Below are positions 1 to 8,655 of a stretch of DNA of 64,000 bases, in pieces; the stretch's first letter is position 1, and each line of letters begins with the position of its first letter. The DNA is from Gemmatimonadota bacterium (GTDB taxonomy: Bacteria > Gemmatimonadota > Gemmatimonadetes > Gemmatimonadales > GWC2-71-9), in the NCBI GenBank assembly GCA_016177465.1, contig JACOVF010000072.1, positions 3,083-67,082 on the forward strand, read 5' to 3'. A program made the translations under genes and the position numbers. The notes beneath the pieces were generated by a model that worked only from the letters and a program-made list of their open reading frames with translations, ran no database searches and was not told the DNA's origin.

Positions 1-107
1 GGAACGAGCGGGAGCACGCCGCCGAGCTCTGGCGCAAGGCGCTCGAGCTCAACCCGAAGCACGAGCTGGTGCGAGCCAATCTGGAGACGCTAAGCGCACT
101 GCCGTGA
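1..107 (+). CDS. 3' end of an upstream TPR-like protein (partial, begins before window)
   Basis: Frame open from window edge, reads ...ELWRKALELNPKHELVRANLETLSALP; TGA 105-107 overlaps the cheR GTG at 104 (GTGA coupling). Confidence 0.4.
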   Translation, partial: NEREHAAELWRKALELNPKHELVRANLETLSALP

Positions 108-922
108 CCGCGGAGCAGGACGACCTGGCGTTCAAGGCGCTCACCCAGAAGATCTCGCGGGCGCGCGGGGTCAGCTGCGATGCATACAAGGACAAGTGCA
201 TGCGGCGGCGCATCGCGGTCCGGATGCGCGCCCGCGGCGTCCACACCTACGAGGACTACAGTCGTCTGCTCGACCAGGACGCGCACGAGTACGAGCTCCT
301 GCTCGACGCGCTCACGATCAACGTCACCAAGTTCTACCGTAACCCGGAAACCTGGAACGCGCTGGCGAAACCCTACCTGGCCGACCTGTGGCACGCACGG
401 CGGGGGCAGGTGCGCGTGTGGTCGGCGGGATGCGCCTCGGGGGAGGAGCCCTACACCCTCGCCGTACTGCTCTGCGAGACCGCCCGCAGCGCCGGGGACG
501 ACGCCGCGACGCGCGCCCGCGTGGACGCGACCGACGTGGACCGGCTGAGCCTCGAGCGGACCCGTGCCGCGCAGTATCCGGAGACGGCGTTCACCGAAAT
601 GCCCGCCGCCCTGGTGCGGCGCTACTTCACGGCCGCGCCACCGCGCCGTCCGCTGCCCGCTGTGCAGCGCCTGGTGCACATCCTGAAGCACGACCTGACC
701 CGCGAGCCGCCGCCAGACCCGCCCTATGACCTGATCGTCTGCCGCAACGTGGTCATCTACTTCGACCGGCCGACCCAGGAACGGCTCTTCGCCACCTTCG
801 CCGACGCGCTGACCCCCAACGGCATCCTCCTGCTCGGCAAGGTCGAGACCCTCTTCGGCCCCGCGCGCGACCGCCTGGTGCTCCAGGAACCGCGCGAGCG
901 CATCTACCAGAAGCCCGTGTGA
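104..922 (+). CDS. cheR: chemotaxis protein methyltransferase CheR
   Basis: 272 aa; CheR-type N-terminal helical region (AFKALTQKISRARGV...CMRRRIAVRM) and SAM-binding VWSAGCASGEEPYTLA motif. Confidence 0.9.
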   Translation: MTAEQDDLAFKALTQKISRARGVSCDAYKDKCMRRRIAVRMRARGVHTYEDYSRLLDQDAHEYELLLDALTINVTKFYRNPETWNALAKPYLADLWHARRGQVRVWSAGCASGEEPYTLAVLLCETARSAGDDAATRARVDATDVDRLSLERTRAAQYPETAFTEMPAALVRRYFTAAPPRRPLPAVQRLVHILKHDLTREPPPDPPYDLIVCRNVVIYFDRPTQERLFATFADALTPNGILLLGKVETLFGPARDRLVLQEPRERIYQKPV

Positions 923-1416
923 TCCGCCTGCCCACGAGACCCGAAACGATCGTCAAGGTCGCCGACTGGGCGGTCGAGCGCGGCAGCGTGCTCACCACCC
1001 TCGGGCTCGGGTCATGCGTCGCGATCATGCTGCACGATGCGGAGACTCAGGCGGGCGGGATGGCGCACGTGCTGCTCCCCTCGAAGAGCCTGGCTCGCGA
1101 CCAGAATAATCCTGCCAAGTTTCCTGAGACCGCCGTGCCGCTGCTCGTGGAGCGGCTCAAGGCGCTAGGCGCCGACCCGCGCCGCCTCGTCGCGAAGCTC
1201 GCGGGCGGGGCCAGTATGTTCGCCCAGCTGATGACGCCGGGCACCGTACAAATGGGCGAGCGTAACATCGTGGCGTCGCGCAACGCGCTGCGGGCTGCGG
1301 GGATCCCCGTCCTGCGAGAAGCCGTTGGCGGCGATGTCGGGCGGACGGTGCGCTTCAATCTCACGGACGGCCAAGTGGAGATCCGTTCGGTCGGCGCCGA
1401 GAGCTATGTCATCTGA
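919..1416 (+). CDS. cheD: chemoreceptor glutamine deamidase CheD
   Basis: 165 aa; GLGSCVAI ... GMAHVLLP signature of CheD; GTGA overlap with cheR stop. Confidence 0.85.
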   Translation: MIRLPTRPETIVKVADWAVERGSVLTTLGLGSCVAIMLHDAETQAGGMAHVLLPSKSLARDQNNPAKFPETAVPLLVERLKALGADPRRLVAKLAGGASMFAQLMTPGTVQMGERNIVASRNALRAAGIPVLREAVGGDVGRTVRFNLTDGQVEIRSVGAESYVI

Positions 1417-2491
1417 CCGGCGGCCGACCGTCCTCGTGGTGGACGACAGCGCCCTGATGCGCCGGGTGCTGAGCGACGTGCTGGGGGGGAAGGTGGGGCA
1501 GGAAGAGTTCCGAGTGGTGGCCACCGCGCGCGACGGGTTCGACGCCGTGCGCAAGGTGCACCAGTACGGCCCCGACGTGGTGACGATGGACCTCGAGATG
1601 CCGGAGCTCGATGGTCTCGGTGCCATCGGGTACATCATGTCGGAGGCGCCGCGCCCCATCGTGGTGGTGAGCGCACACGCCGGGCCGGGGACCGCCGCGG
1701 CCATCCGCGCCCTCGAGCTCGGCGCGGTCGAAATCGTCGCGAAGCCGGACGATGCGACCCGCGAGTCGCTCGCGGCGATGGCACCGCGGCTCATCGCAGC
1801 GGTGAAGCAAGCCCTCGCCGCCGACCTGTCGCACGTGACGGTGATGGTGCGGCCTCCCGTGGCCGCTCGCCCGGCCCCTGAGTTCGCGTTGCGCAAGCGG
1901 GCGCAGCTCGCGGTGGCAGTGGCGGCCTCGACCGGCGGCCCCCGGGCGCTGGCCGAGTTCCTGCCCCAACTGCCTACCGGCCGGGACGCCGCTGTGCTCG
2001 TCGTGCAGCATATGCCGCCCAAATTCACGCGCAGCTTGGCTGAGCGGCTCGATTCGATGAGCCTCCTGCAGGTTGTGGAGGCGGACCACGGCACTCCGGT
2101 CGTTGCCGACACGGCGTACGTAGCGCCGGGCGATTATCATATGCGGGTGACGGCAGGGGAGGACGGGCCTGTGATCATTCTCGACCAGGCGCCGCCGGTC
2201 TGGGGGGTGCGGCCCGCCGCCGATCCGCTGTTTCGCTCGGTGGCGCAAGTGTTCGGGCCCCGCGGCCTTGGCGTCGTGCTCACCGGCATGGGCCGTGACG
2301 GTGCCGAGGGCCTGCGCGCGATTCACAACGCCGGCGGTGGCGGGTTCGCCCAGGACCGGGAATCGGCCGTGATCGCGGGCATGCCGATGGCGGCGGTGCA
2401 GGCGGGGGGAGTGGACGCCATCCTGCCCCTCACCCAGATTGCCGACCGCGTCTGGGCCGAGTTAGCGCGGCGGCACCCGGGGCGGCCGTGA
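1406..2491 (+). CDS. cheB: chemotaxis response regulator protein-glutamate methylesterase CheB
   Basis: Track ORF 1325..2491; ATG 1406 chosen ([20 protein letters not shown] receiver-domain start, overlaps cheD stop); C-terminal esterase motifs AASTGGP and GMGRDGA. Confidence 0.9.
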   Translation: MSSDRRPTVLVVDDSALMRRVLSDVLGGKVGQEEFRVVATARDGFDAVRKVHQYGPDVVTMDLEMPELDGLGAIGYIMSEAPRPIVVVSAHAGPGTAAAIRALELGAVEIVAKPDDATRESLAAMAPRLIAAVKQALAADLSHVTVMVRPPVAARPAPEFALRKRAQLAVAVAASTGGPRALAEFLPQLPTGRDAAVLVVQHMPPKFTRSLAERLDSMSLLQVVEADHGTPVVADTAYVAPGDYHMRVTAGEDGPVIILDQAPPVWGVRPAADPLFRSVAQVFGPRGLGVVLTGMGRDGAEGLRAIHNAGGGGFAQDRESAVIAGMPMAAVQAGGVDAILPLTQIADRVWAELARRHPGRP

Positions 2492-2895
2492 GCCGGGGCT
2501 ATCTCCTGGTGCGGGTGGCGGGCGCGCCGTTCGGGCTGCCGGTGAACCGGGTGCTCGAAGTGGGGGACATCGGTGAGGTGCTTGACGTGCCGCGAGCCCT
2601 GCCGGCCGTGCGCGGCCTCACGCCGCTGCGGGGGCGGCTCGTCCCGCTGATCCATCTCGGGGCGCTGCTCGGCGGGCGCTCGGCGCCCCCCGAGCGCGGC
2701 CGCTCCGCTGTGCTCGTGGAGTTGGGGGCCCGCCAAGTGGCGTTCGAAGTGGATGACGTGGACGAGGTCGTGCGGGAAGACCCGCTCCAGGTGCCGCGGG
2801 GGGAAGACCTCCCGTGGGCTGCGGGCGTGGCGCAGCAGGAGGGTGCGCTGGTGCCGATCCTGGATCTTGACGCGCTGGAGGACCGCATCGGATGA
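2488..2895 (+). CDS. cheW: chemotaxis coupling protein CheW
   Basis: 135 aa single CheW-like domain ([12 protein letters not shown] ... [10 protein letters not shown]); GTGA overlap with cheB stop. Confidence 0.8.
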   Translation: MSRGYLLVRVAGAPFGLPVNRVLEVGDIGEVLDVPRALPAVRGLTPLRGRLVPLIHLGALLGGRSAPPERGRSAVLVELGARQVAFEVDDVDEVVREDPLQVPRGEDLPWAAGVAQQEGALVPILDLDALEDRIG

Positions 2896-3374
2896 GCGGC
2901 GGCGACGACGTACAACTGGTGACCTTCCGGATCGCGGGCCAGGACTTCGCCTTCAACATCTTTCAGGTGGAGCGGATCCTGCGCTACGAGTCCCCGGCGC
3001 CCCTTCCCAAGGCGCCGGAATACCTGGAGGGCGTGTTGCAGTACCAGGGGGCCGCGGTCCCGCTGATCGACCTGCGCAAGCGCCTCGGCGCCGCCGCGCC
3101 GCTGCGCGACGACACGCGGACGATCATCCTCGAGTGGGACGGCGGGAAGGTCGGGGTGGTGGTGGACGCGGTGACGGAAGTGCTGCAGCTGGCGGCCACG
3201 GAAGTCACGCCGCCGCCCAGCATCGTGAAAGGCCTGGCCGCCGAATACATCACGGGGCTCGTCGTGAAGGACAAGCGGACGATCATCGTCTTCAACACGA
3301 CGAAGCTGCTCACCTCCAAGGAGAAACTCGCGCTCGAGGCGGCCGTGCAGTCGCGCGAGCAGGTGAAGGTGTAA
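2892..3374 (+). CDS. cheW: chemotaxis coupling protein CheW (second copy)
   Basis: 160 aa CheW domain (LVTFRIAGQDFAFNIFQVERIL ... VPLIDLRKRLG); ATGA overlap with previous cheW. Confidence 0.85.
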   Translation: MSGGDDVQLVTFRIAGQDFAFNIFQVERILRYESPAPLPKAPEYLEGVLQYQGAAVPLIDLRKRLGAAAPLRDDTRTIILEWDGGKVGVVVDAVTEVLQLAATEVTPPPSIVKGLAAEYITGLVVKDKRTIIVFNTTKLLTSKEKLALEAAVQSREQVKV

Positions 3375-4237
3375 TGGCCGATGCCCACGTGGCCGCCCTG
3401 CGGGCGGAATACAACGCCATCGCCAAGCGCCTCGAAACCGTGACCGGCACGGCCGAGCGCGAAGCCGTCAAGCGGGAGATCGTCGGTTTCTTCAAGCTGG
3501 TCGACGGCCAGCTCGCCGAGCTGACCCAGCTGAAGGAGGACATTCGCCAGCTCGTCGACAAGTACAAGCAGCTCGCCTCCGAGGCCAAGGAGGCGTCGGC
3601 CCCCGAGTTCACCGGCACCCGCCCCCTCGTGCACGCCGACCACATCGGCGCGTCCACGTTCATCGAGAAGGGGTGGAGCCTGATCTCACTCGGCGACCAC
3701 GCCGGCGCGATCCAGTCGCTGCAAAAGGCGCTGCAACTCTCGCCCGGCGAGACGCAGGCGGAGTCGCTGCTCGGCTGGGCGCAGATGCTGCACGAGGACT
3801 ACGACGACGCGCTCCAGACCTTCTCCAAGGTCCTGATGAAGGAGCCCGCCAACTCGCTGGCGCGCATCAACGTCGGATACATCTGCCTGAAGAAGCGGAT
3901 CTTCGGCGAAGCGATCGAGCACCTGTCCAAGGCCATCCGCCTCGACAACGACAAGAAGGCGACCCTGTACGCGCACTTTTACCTCGGGCTGGTCTACCTC
4001 CAGCGCGAGATGTACGAGGACGCGCAGACGTTCTTCCAGAAGACACTCCAGCTCGGGCCCAATTTGATCGAGGCGTATTACGAGCTGGCTCGCGCCTACT
4101 GGTTCGCCGGCGACCAGGAGCAGGCAAAGCAGACCTGGGAGCAAGGCTTCAAGGCGAACAAGTTCAATCCCTGGGGCAAAAAGTGTCAGGAGACGTTGGA
4201 GCTCGTAGCCCAGGGCCAGGAGCCGCCGCGCACCTAG
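3374..4237 (+). CDS. coiled-coil + TPR repeat protein, last gene of the che block
   Basis: In-frame part of track ORF 2753..4237; ATG 3374 overlaps cheW stop (TAATG); N-terminal coiled coil then TPR-like helices (AIQSLQKALQLSPGE..., AIEHLSKAIRLDNDK..., AQTFFQKTLQLGPN...). Confidence 0.8.
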   Translation: MADAHVAALRAEYNAIAKRLETVTGTAEREAVKREIVGFFKLVDGQLAELTQLKEDIRQLVDKYKQLASEAKEASAPEFTGTRPLVHADHIGASTFIEKGWSLISLGDHAGAIQSLQKALQLSPGETQAESLLGWAQMLHEDYDDALQTFSKVLMKEPANSLARINVGYICLKKRIFGEAIEHLSKAIRLDNDKKATLYAHFYLGLVYLQREMYEDAQTFFQKTLQLGPNLIEAYYELARAYWFAGDQEQAKQTWEQGFKANKFNPWGKKCQETLELVAQGQEPPRT

Positions 4238-5106
4238 CGCTCCTCGCCCTGCTGGTGCAGGGTCCCCCGGCGGCCCCCCAGGCGACGACGATCGGCCGCG
4301 TGGCGGTCATCGCCTGGCCCGAACAGGCAGCGCTCGCCGCCGGGCTCGCGGAGGCCATCGATCATGCGCCGGCGTTCCCGGGGGTCGGCCTGCTCCCCGA
4401 CCGGCCGATCCGCCTCGTCCTCGCGCCCACCCGCACGATCTTCGATTCGCTCACCCGCCGCCGCATGCCGGCCTGGAGCGAAGGCGCCGCCTTCCCCGAC
4501 CTGGGCACTGTCGTGCTGCTGTCCGACCGTCCGGCCGTTCGACTGTCCGGTGCTCTTAGACATGAGCTTGCCCACGTCGCCCTGCGTTGGCGCGTCGGGC
4601 GGCGCCTGCCGCTATGGTTCGAGGAGGGCTACGCGGCGTACGCCGCAGCGGAGTGGGGCCGGCTGGACGCCCTGCGATTGAACTGGCAGATCGCCCGCGG
4701 CGTGCGGATGGATCTTGACCAGGTGGACCGCGCCTTGCGCGGCGACGCCGCCGACGCGGGGACCGCCTACGCGCTCGCGACCACGGCGGTGCTGCTGCTC
4801 GACCGTTGGGGACGGGAGCGCGGACTCACGCCGCTGATCCAAACCCTGGCCCGTGAGCCTGGGTTCGACGCGGCGCTGCGCGCAACCTATCACGTGACGG
4901 CGGGAGACTTCGAGGCGCGCTGGCAACGAGAGGTGGCGTCCCGGTACGGCTGGCTGGCCTGGGCCGGGGCGGTGGGGCTGTTCTGGGCGGCGGCCGGGAC
5001 CCTGATGGTGATTCTGGTCACCTTGCGGCGGCGGCGCGACCGGGTCCGCAAGGCCGGGCTGGACGAGGGGTGGACGGCACCATCCGACGATACGCCAACT
5101 GCTTGA
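4180..5106 (+). CDS. membrane-anchored HExxH zinc-metallopeptidase-like protein
   Basis: 3' part of track ORF 3673..5106; HELAH followed shortly by WFEEGYA (HExxH...E zinc-site-like arrangement), hydrophobic N-terminus (LALLALLV), C-terminal TM helix (WLAWAGAVGLFWAAAGTLMVILV). Start uncertain (GTG 4180 or GTG 4255). Confidence 0.6.
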   Translation, partial: KVSGDVGARSPGPGAAAHLALLALLVQGPPAAPQATTIGRVAVIAWPEQAALAAGLAEAIDHAPAFPGVGLLPDRPIRLVLAPTRTIFDSLTRRRMPAWSEGAAFPDLGTVVLLSDRPAVRLSGALRHELAHVALRWRVGRRLPLWFEEGYAAYAAAEWGRLDALRLNWQIARGVRMDLDQVDRALRGDAADAGTAYALATTAVLLLDRWGRERGLTPLIQTLAREPGFDAALRATYHVTAGDFEARWQREVASRYGWLAWAGAVGLFWAAAGTLMVILVTLRRRRDRVRKAGLDEGWTAPSDDTPTA

Positions 5107-5131
5107 CGAGCTAGGGGTTGCAGGGTAAACT
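5103..5131 (+). promoter_or_regulatory. sigma70-like promoter (TTGACG-17 nt-TAAACT) for the DUF3098-like gene and probably tRNA-Val
   Basis: TTGACG 5103-5108, 17-nt spacer, TAAACT 5126-5131; the predicted start site would lie only a few nt before ATG 5141 and no SD is visible. Confidence 0.4.
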
Positions 5132-5140
5132 CCGTCGCCT

Positions 5141-5326
5141 ATGCCCGACCAGACCGTTGTCCACGCGCGCTTGCGGTTCGGCCCGAGGAACTACGTGTTC
5201 CTCGCGGCGGCGGTCGTGTCCCTCGCGGCGGGCTACTGGCTGCTCTCGAAAGGTTCCACTACCGCCGCGCCGATCCTGCTCGTCCTTGGCTACTGCGTTT
5301 TCTTTCCGGTAGGCTTGGCCCTCTAA
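5141..5326 (+). CDS. small two-TM membrane protein, DUF3098-like
   Basis: 61 aa; FGPRNYVFLAAAVVSLAAGYWLL ... APILLVLGYCVFFPVGL, two hydrophobic helices resembling the small DUF3098 proteins I recall from Bacteroidota. Confidence 0.55.
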   Translation: MPDQTVVHARLRFGPRNYVFLAAAVVSLAAGYWLLSKGSTTAAPILLVLGYCVFFPVGLAL

Positions 5327-5344
5327 CGCGATCCGGTGTGGGAC

Positions 5345-5419
5345 GGGCGAATAGCTCAGCTGGTTCAGAGCGCCTGCCTTACACGCAGGAAGTCGGGGGT
5401 TCGAATCCCTCTTCGCCCA
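5345..5419 (+). tRNA. tRNA-Val (anticodon TAC)
   Basis: Hand-folded cloverleaf: acceptor GGGCGAA/TTCGCCC, D arm GCTC/GAGC, anticodon stem CCTGC/GCAGG with loop CTTACAC, T arm GGGGG-TTCGAAT-CCCTC; 75 nt, CCA not encoded. Confidence 0.9.
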
Positions 5420-5453
5420 CTGGGGTACCAGACTGCAACGGAGGACTGACCGC

Positions 5454-7247
5454 GTGAGAATGCTCCGATTGGCAGGGGGGCTGATGCTCGTGGCGACTGC
5501 TGCGCGGGCACAGCTCGCCGTCACCCAGCCCACGGAACGGCTGCTCCTGCTGCCGCTTGGGGTCACGACGCCCGCGGACTCGGCAGCCAGCGTCCAGGTG
5601 ATGGACGCGGTTCGCGAGAGGCTGGCGACGCTGGCCCGCTACAAGGCCCTGATCATCTCCAAGGCGAAGCTGTGCGAGGCGCTGCAGGCTTCCGGGTTCC
5701 CGTGTGACGGGCTGCTCGACGAGCAGCAGGCGCAGCAGCTTGCTCGCTTCCTCACGGCGCACGCGTACACGACGGGTGCCCTCGCGAAGTCAGGCACTAC
5801 CTGGACCGCCCGCATGCGGGTAGTGGACATCAGCAGCTCGGGCTTCGCCTCCTCGTTCACCGTGAGCAACGGCAACCCGGGCTCGACCGCTTCGCTGTCC
5901 GAGGCCATCGCCCAGCGGATCTTCACCGTGATCAAGGCCGGCGAACACGCGCGGCAGTGCAACACCGAGCGGCAGCGAGGCGGGTTCGTGAGGGCCGCGC
6001 AGGCGGCGCAGAAAGCGTTCGCGCTCGACTCGAACGCCATCGCGGCGCACCTGTGCATGCTGAACACCTACGAGGCGCAGCGCATGCCGCCCGACAGCCT
6101 CATCGCCGCGGCGTCGCGCGCCATCAAGGGCGACTCCCTCTATGCCACCGCGTGGGAGCGCCTCGCCAGCGCCTACCAGCAGAAGGGCGACACCGCTCGC
6201 TCGGTCGAGGCGTTCATGGGCCTGCTACGGGCCAACCCCAGGCACATCGGACGCCGCCTCGGCCTCGCCCAGCTGCTCTTCCAGCAGAAGCACTACCGGG
6301 AAGCCGCCGATCTGCTCACCGAGGGGTTGGTGACGAGCCCCGGGGACCAGGCGATGCTCGAGTTGCAGCGGCGGGTCTGCATCGAAGGCTCGCTATGGCG
6401 CTGCGCGCTCGAAAGCCTCAAGCAGCAACGGGAGCAGGACACGACGGTACTGGGCGACTCGACCTGGCTGAAGACCGTGCTCGGCGCCGCGCAGCAGGTC
6501 TCCGACACGGCCGCGCTGCTCGACTTCAGCACGGCGGCCACGAACCACTTCCCGAGCTCCGCCAGCTTCTGGAAGGCGCGCGGCTCGGCCTACGAGCTCG
6601 CGGGCAAGCCCGATTCGGCCATCTGGGCGTACCGCAAGTCACTGGACATCGATCCGAGTGACTTGCCGAGCGCGCTGCTCGTGGCCAAGGCGATGGTGGA
6701 GGGGGCCGTCTGGGATACCGCGGGGGCACGTCGGGCCGCCGCTGATAGCGTCCGCATCAACGCGATGCGCGCCGCGTTCGCCGACCGGCTCGACACGGCG
6801 AAGGTGTATCTCAACCGCGGTCTGGCGTCGCCCGACTCGGGGCTCCGGCTGAGCGCCACGGTGATTATGCTGACTGCCGGTTCCAAGCTGGCCCAGATTC
6901 AAACGTACGCCCGCGCCTATCCCTGGCTCGAGCAGACGCTCCAGCAGGTGGCGCCCCGTTCGCCCGGGGATACGCTGGGACCCCGCAAGCAGATCCGGGT
7001 CAACGCCGGCTTCTGGTTCGGACTGTCGTCCGTGCAGACGCTCGTGCCGGCCTATCAGGCGATGATCACCTCGAAGGATTGCAGCGAGGCCAGGGCCATC
7101 AACGACCGCATCGCCCAGACCAAAGAGGCCCTCATCACCGGCGCCCGGGTCCATCCGCCCACGGCGAACTCGCTGCTCCAGAACCTGTCGCGCTTTGAGG
7201 ATCTCATGCCGCGGGTGAAACAGCAGTTCAAGTGCACGAATTTCTGA
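5454..7247 (+). CDS. secreted TPR-repeat protein
   Basis: 597 aa; signal peptide MRMLRLAGGLMLVATAARAQ, GGAGGA 7 nt upstream of GTG 5454; multiple TPR-like helices (AWERLASAYQQKGDTARSVEAF..., FWKARGSAYELAGKPDSAIWAYRKSLDIDP). Confidence 0.75.
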   Translation: MRMLRLAGGLMLVATAARAQLAVTQPTERLLLLPLGVTTPADSAASVQVMDAVRERLATLARYKALIISKAKLCEALQASGFPCDGLLDEQQAQQLARFLTAHAYTTGALAKSGTTWTARMRVVDISSSGFASSFTVSNGNPGSTASLSEAIAQRIFTVIKAGEHARQCNTERQRGGFVRAAQAAQKAFALDSNAIAAHLCMLNTYEAQRMPPDSLIAAASRAIKGDSLYATAWERLASAYQQKGDTARSVEAFMGLLRANPRHIGRRLGLAQLLFQQKHYREAADLLTEGLVTSPGDQAMLELQRRVCIEGSLWRCALESLKQQREQDTTVLGDSTWLKTVLGAAQQVSDTAALLDFSTAATNHFPSSASFWKARGSAYELAGKPDSAIWAYRKSLDIDPSDLPSALLVAKAMVEGAVWDTAGARRAAADSVRINAMRAAFADRLDTAKVYLNRGLASPDSGLRLSATVIMLTAGSKLAQIQTYARAYPWLEQTLQQVAPRSPGDTLGPRKQIRVNAGFWFGLSSVQTLVPAYQAMITSKDCSEARAINDRIAQTKEALITGARVHPPTANSLLQNLSRFEDLMPRVKQQFKCTNF

Positions 7248-7251
7248 GCCA

Positions 7252-7280
7252 TTGAATTGGCTCCAGCGCGGGCCTATATT
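7252..7280 (+). promoter_or_regulatory. sigma70-like promoter (TTGAAT-17 nt-TATATT) in front of tRNA-Asp
   Basis: TTGAAT 7252-7257, exactly 17-nt spacer, TATATT 7275-7280; tRNA starts at 7298. Confidence 0.5.
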
Positions 7281-7297
7281 GCGGCGCTCCGTCGCAG

Positions 7298-7371
7298 GGG
7301 GCTGTAGCTCAGCTGGTTAGAGTGCCGGTCTGTCACACCGGAGGTCGCGGGTTCGAGCCCCGTCAGCCCCG
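7298..7371 (+). tRNA. tRNA-Asp (anticodon GTC)
   Basis: Hand-folded cloverleaf: acceptor GGGGCTG/CAGCCCC, anticodon stem CCGGT/ACCGG with loop CTGTCAC, T arm GCGGG-TTCGAGC-CCCGT; 74 nt. Confidence 0.9.
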
Positions 7372-7400
7372 CCTGAACCCGCCCCGCGGGACGATTGTCA

Positions 7401-7430
7401 CGGCTCCGCCTGCTTCGGCAGGCGGGGCCG
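7401..7430 (+). terminator. 13-bp GC-rich hairpin with UUCG tetraloop between tRNA-Asp and rsmH
   Basis: CGGCTCCGCCTGC-TTCG-GCAGGCGGGGCCG pairs 13/13 (one G-U); only a weak T run (CCTTTC) 8 nt downstream, so terminator, processing or attenuator role is unresolved. Confidence 0.35.
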
Positions 7431-7450
7431 TCGTCCTTTCGGGACAAGCT

Positions 7451-8377
7451 ATGGGAGAAGCGCCCACGACCACCTACCACGTGCCGGTGCTGGCCGACGC
7501 GGTGCGCGCCTGGGCGACCGGGAGTCGGCGCGCCGTGGATGCCACGGTGGGTGGCGGCGGTCACGCCGCCCTCTTGCGGGCCGCGGGCGCGGAGCTGCTG
7601 GTGATCGACCGCGACCCGGTGGCGATCGCTGTGGCGCGTGCGCGCCTTGGGGACGAGGGCGTCCGCTATGTGACGGCGCCGTTCGCCGCTGCGGCGGCCC
7701 TGGCCGCCGCGCGCGCCTTCCGGCCGGATCGGATCCTCCTCGACCTCGGCGTCTCCTCCCACCAGCTCGATGACGCCGAGCGCGGGTTTACCTTTCGGGA
7801 GGGCGCGCCGCTCGACATGCGGATGACCCCGGGGCAGGGGCCGAGCGCGGCCGACGTGCTGAACTCGTGGCCGGAGGAGCGGCTGGCTGCGGCGTTCCGG
7901 GACTGGGCGGACGAGCCGCGGGGGCGTGCGCTGGCGCGTACGGTGCTCCGGCGGCGGTTGCGCGAGCCGTTCCTCGTGAGCGACGACTTCGTGAACGCGA
8001 TCCGGGAGACGCTGGGGCCCCGCTCGGGCCCGTCCGACTTCGCGCGCCTCTTCCAGGCGCTGCGCATCGCCGTGAACGCGGAGCTCGACCAGCTCGCCGC
8101 GGCGCTTCCTGCGCTGCGCGACGCCCTGGTTCCCGGCGGCCGCATCGGCGTGATCACCTATCACTCGGGGGAGGACCGGGTCGTAAAGCACACCTTCCGC
8201 GAGTGGGGCCAGACGTGCATCTGCCCGCCGCGCCAGCCGGTGTGCACCTGCCGCGGTCGCGCGCTGGGGCGCGTGCTCACGAAGAAAGCGATCCGGCCCG
8301 ATCCAGCGGAGACCGCGGCCAACTCGCGGGCGCGCTCGGCGCAGTTCCGGATCTTCGAGGTGGCGCATGGCGCTTAA
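7451..8377 (+). CDS. rsmH: 16S rRNA (cytosine1402-N4)-methyltransferase RsmH (MraW)
   Basis: Track ORF 7322..8377 overlaps the tRNA, so ATG 7451 chosen (MGEAPTTTYHVPVL...); motifs HVPVL, DATVGGGGHA, DLGVSSHQLD, SGEDRVVK. Confidence 0.9.
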   Translation: MGEAPTTTYHVPVLADAVRAWATGSRRAVDATVGGGGHAALLRAAGAELLVIDRDPVAIAVARARLGDEGVRYVTAPFAAAAALAAARAFRPDRILLDLGVSSHQLDDAERGFTFREGAPLDMRMTPGQGPSAADVLNSWPEERLAAAFRDWADEPRGRALARTVLRRRLREPFLVSDDFVNAIRETLGPRSGPSDFARLFQALRIAVNAELDQLAAALPALRDALVPGGRIGVITYHSGEDRVVKHTFREWGQTCICPPRQPVCTCRGRALGRVLTKKAIRPDPAETAANSRARSAQFRIFEVAHGA

Positions 8378-8654
8378 GGGGCGGCACTGGATTGCCACGT
8401 GGCTGCTGCTCGTGCTCACCGCCCTGTGGGCGGTGGTTGCCCGGCAGACCTCCGCGCTCAGTGCGGCGCGGGAACTGACCGAATTCCGCGCCGGTCGCGC
8501 CACGCTCGAAGGCCGCCGCGCCGACCTCGAGCGACGGATCCGCGTCGCCACGAGCCGCGCCGTACTGGTGCCGCGCGCGCAGCGGCTCGGACTCCGGGCG
8601 CCGGCCGATTCGGAAATCGTCCTCCTCCCCGTGCCCGGCACGCCGGCGCACTGA
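8367..8654 (+). CDS. ftsL: cell division protein FtsL-like
   Basis: 95 aa, one TM (WIATWLLLVLTALWAVV) then a coiled coil, in the canonical position between rsmH and ftsI. Confidence 0.7.
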   Translation: MALKGRHWIATWLLLVLTALWAVVARQTSALSAARELTEFRAGRATLEGRRADLERRIRVATSRAVLVPRAQRLGLRAPADSEIVLLPVPGTPAH

Positions 8655-8655
8655 T

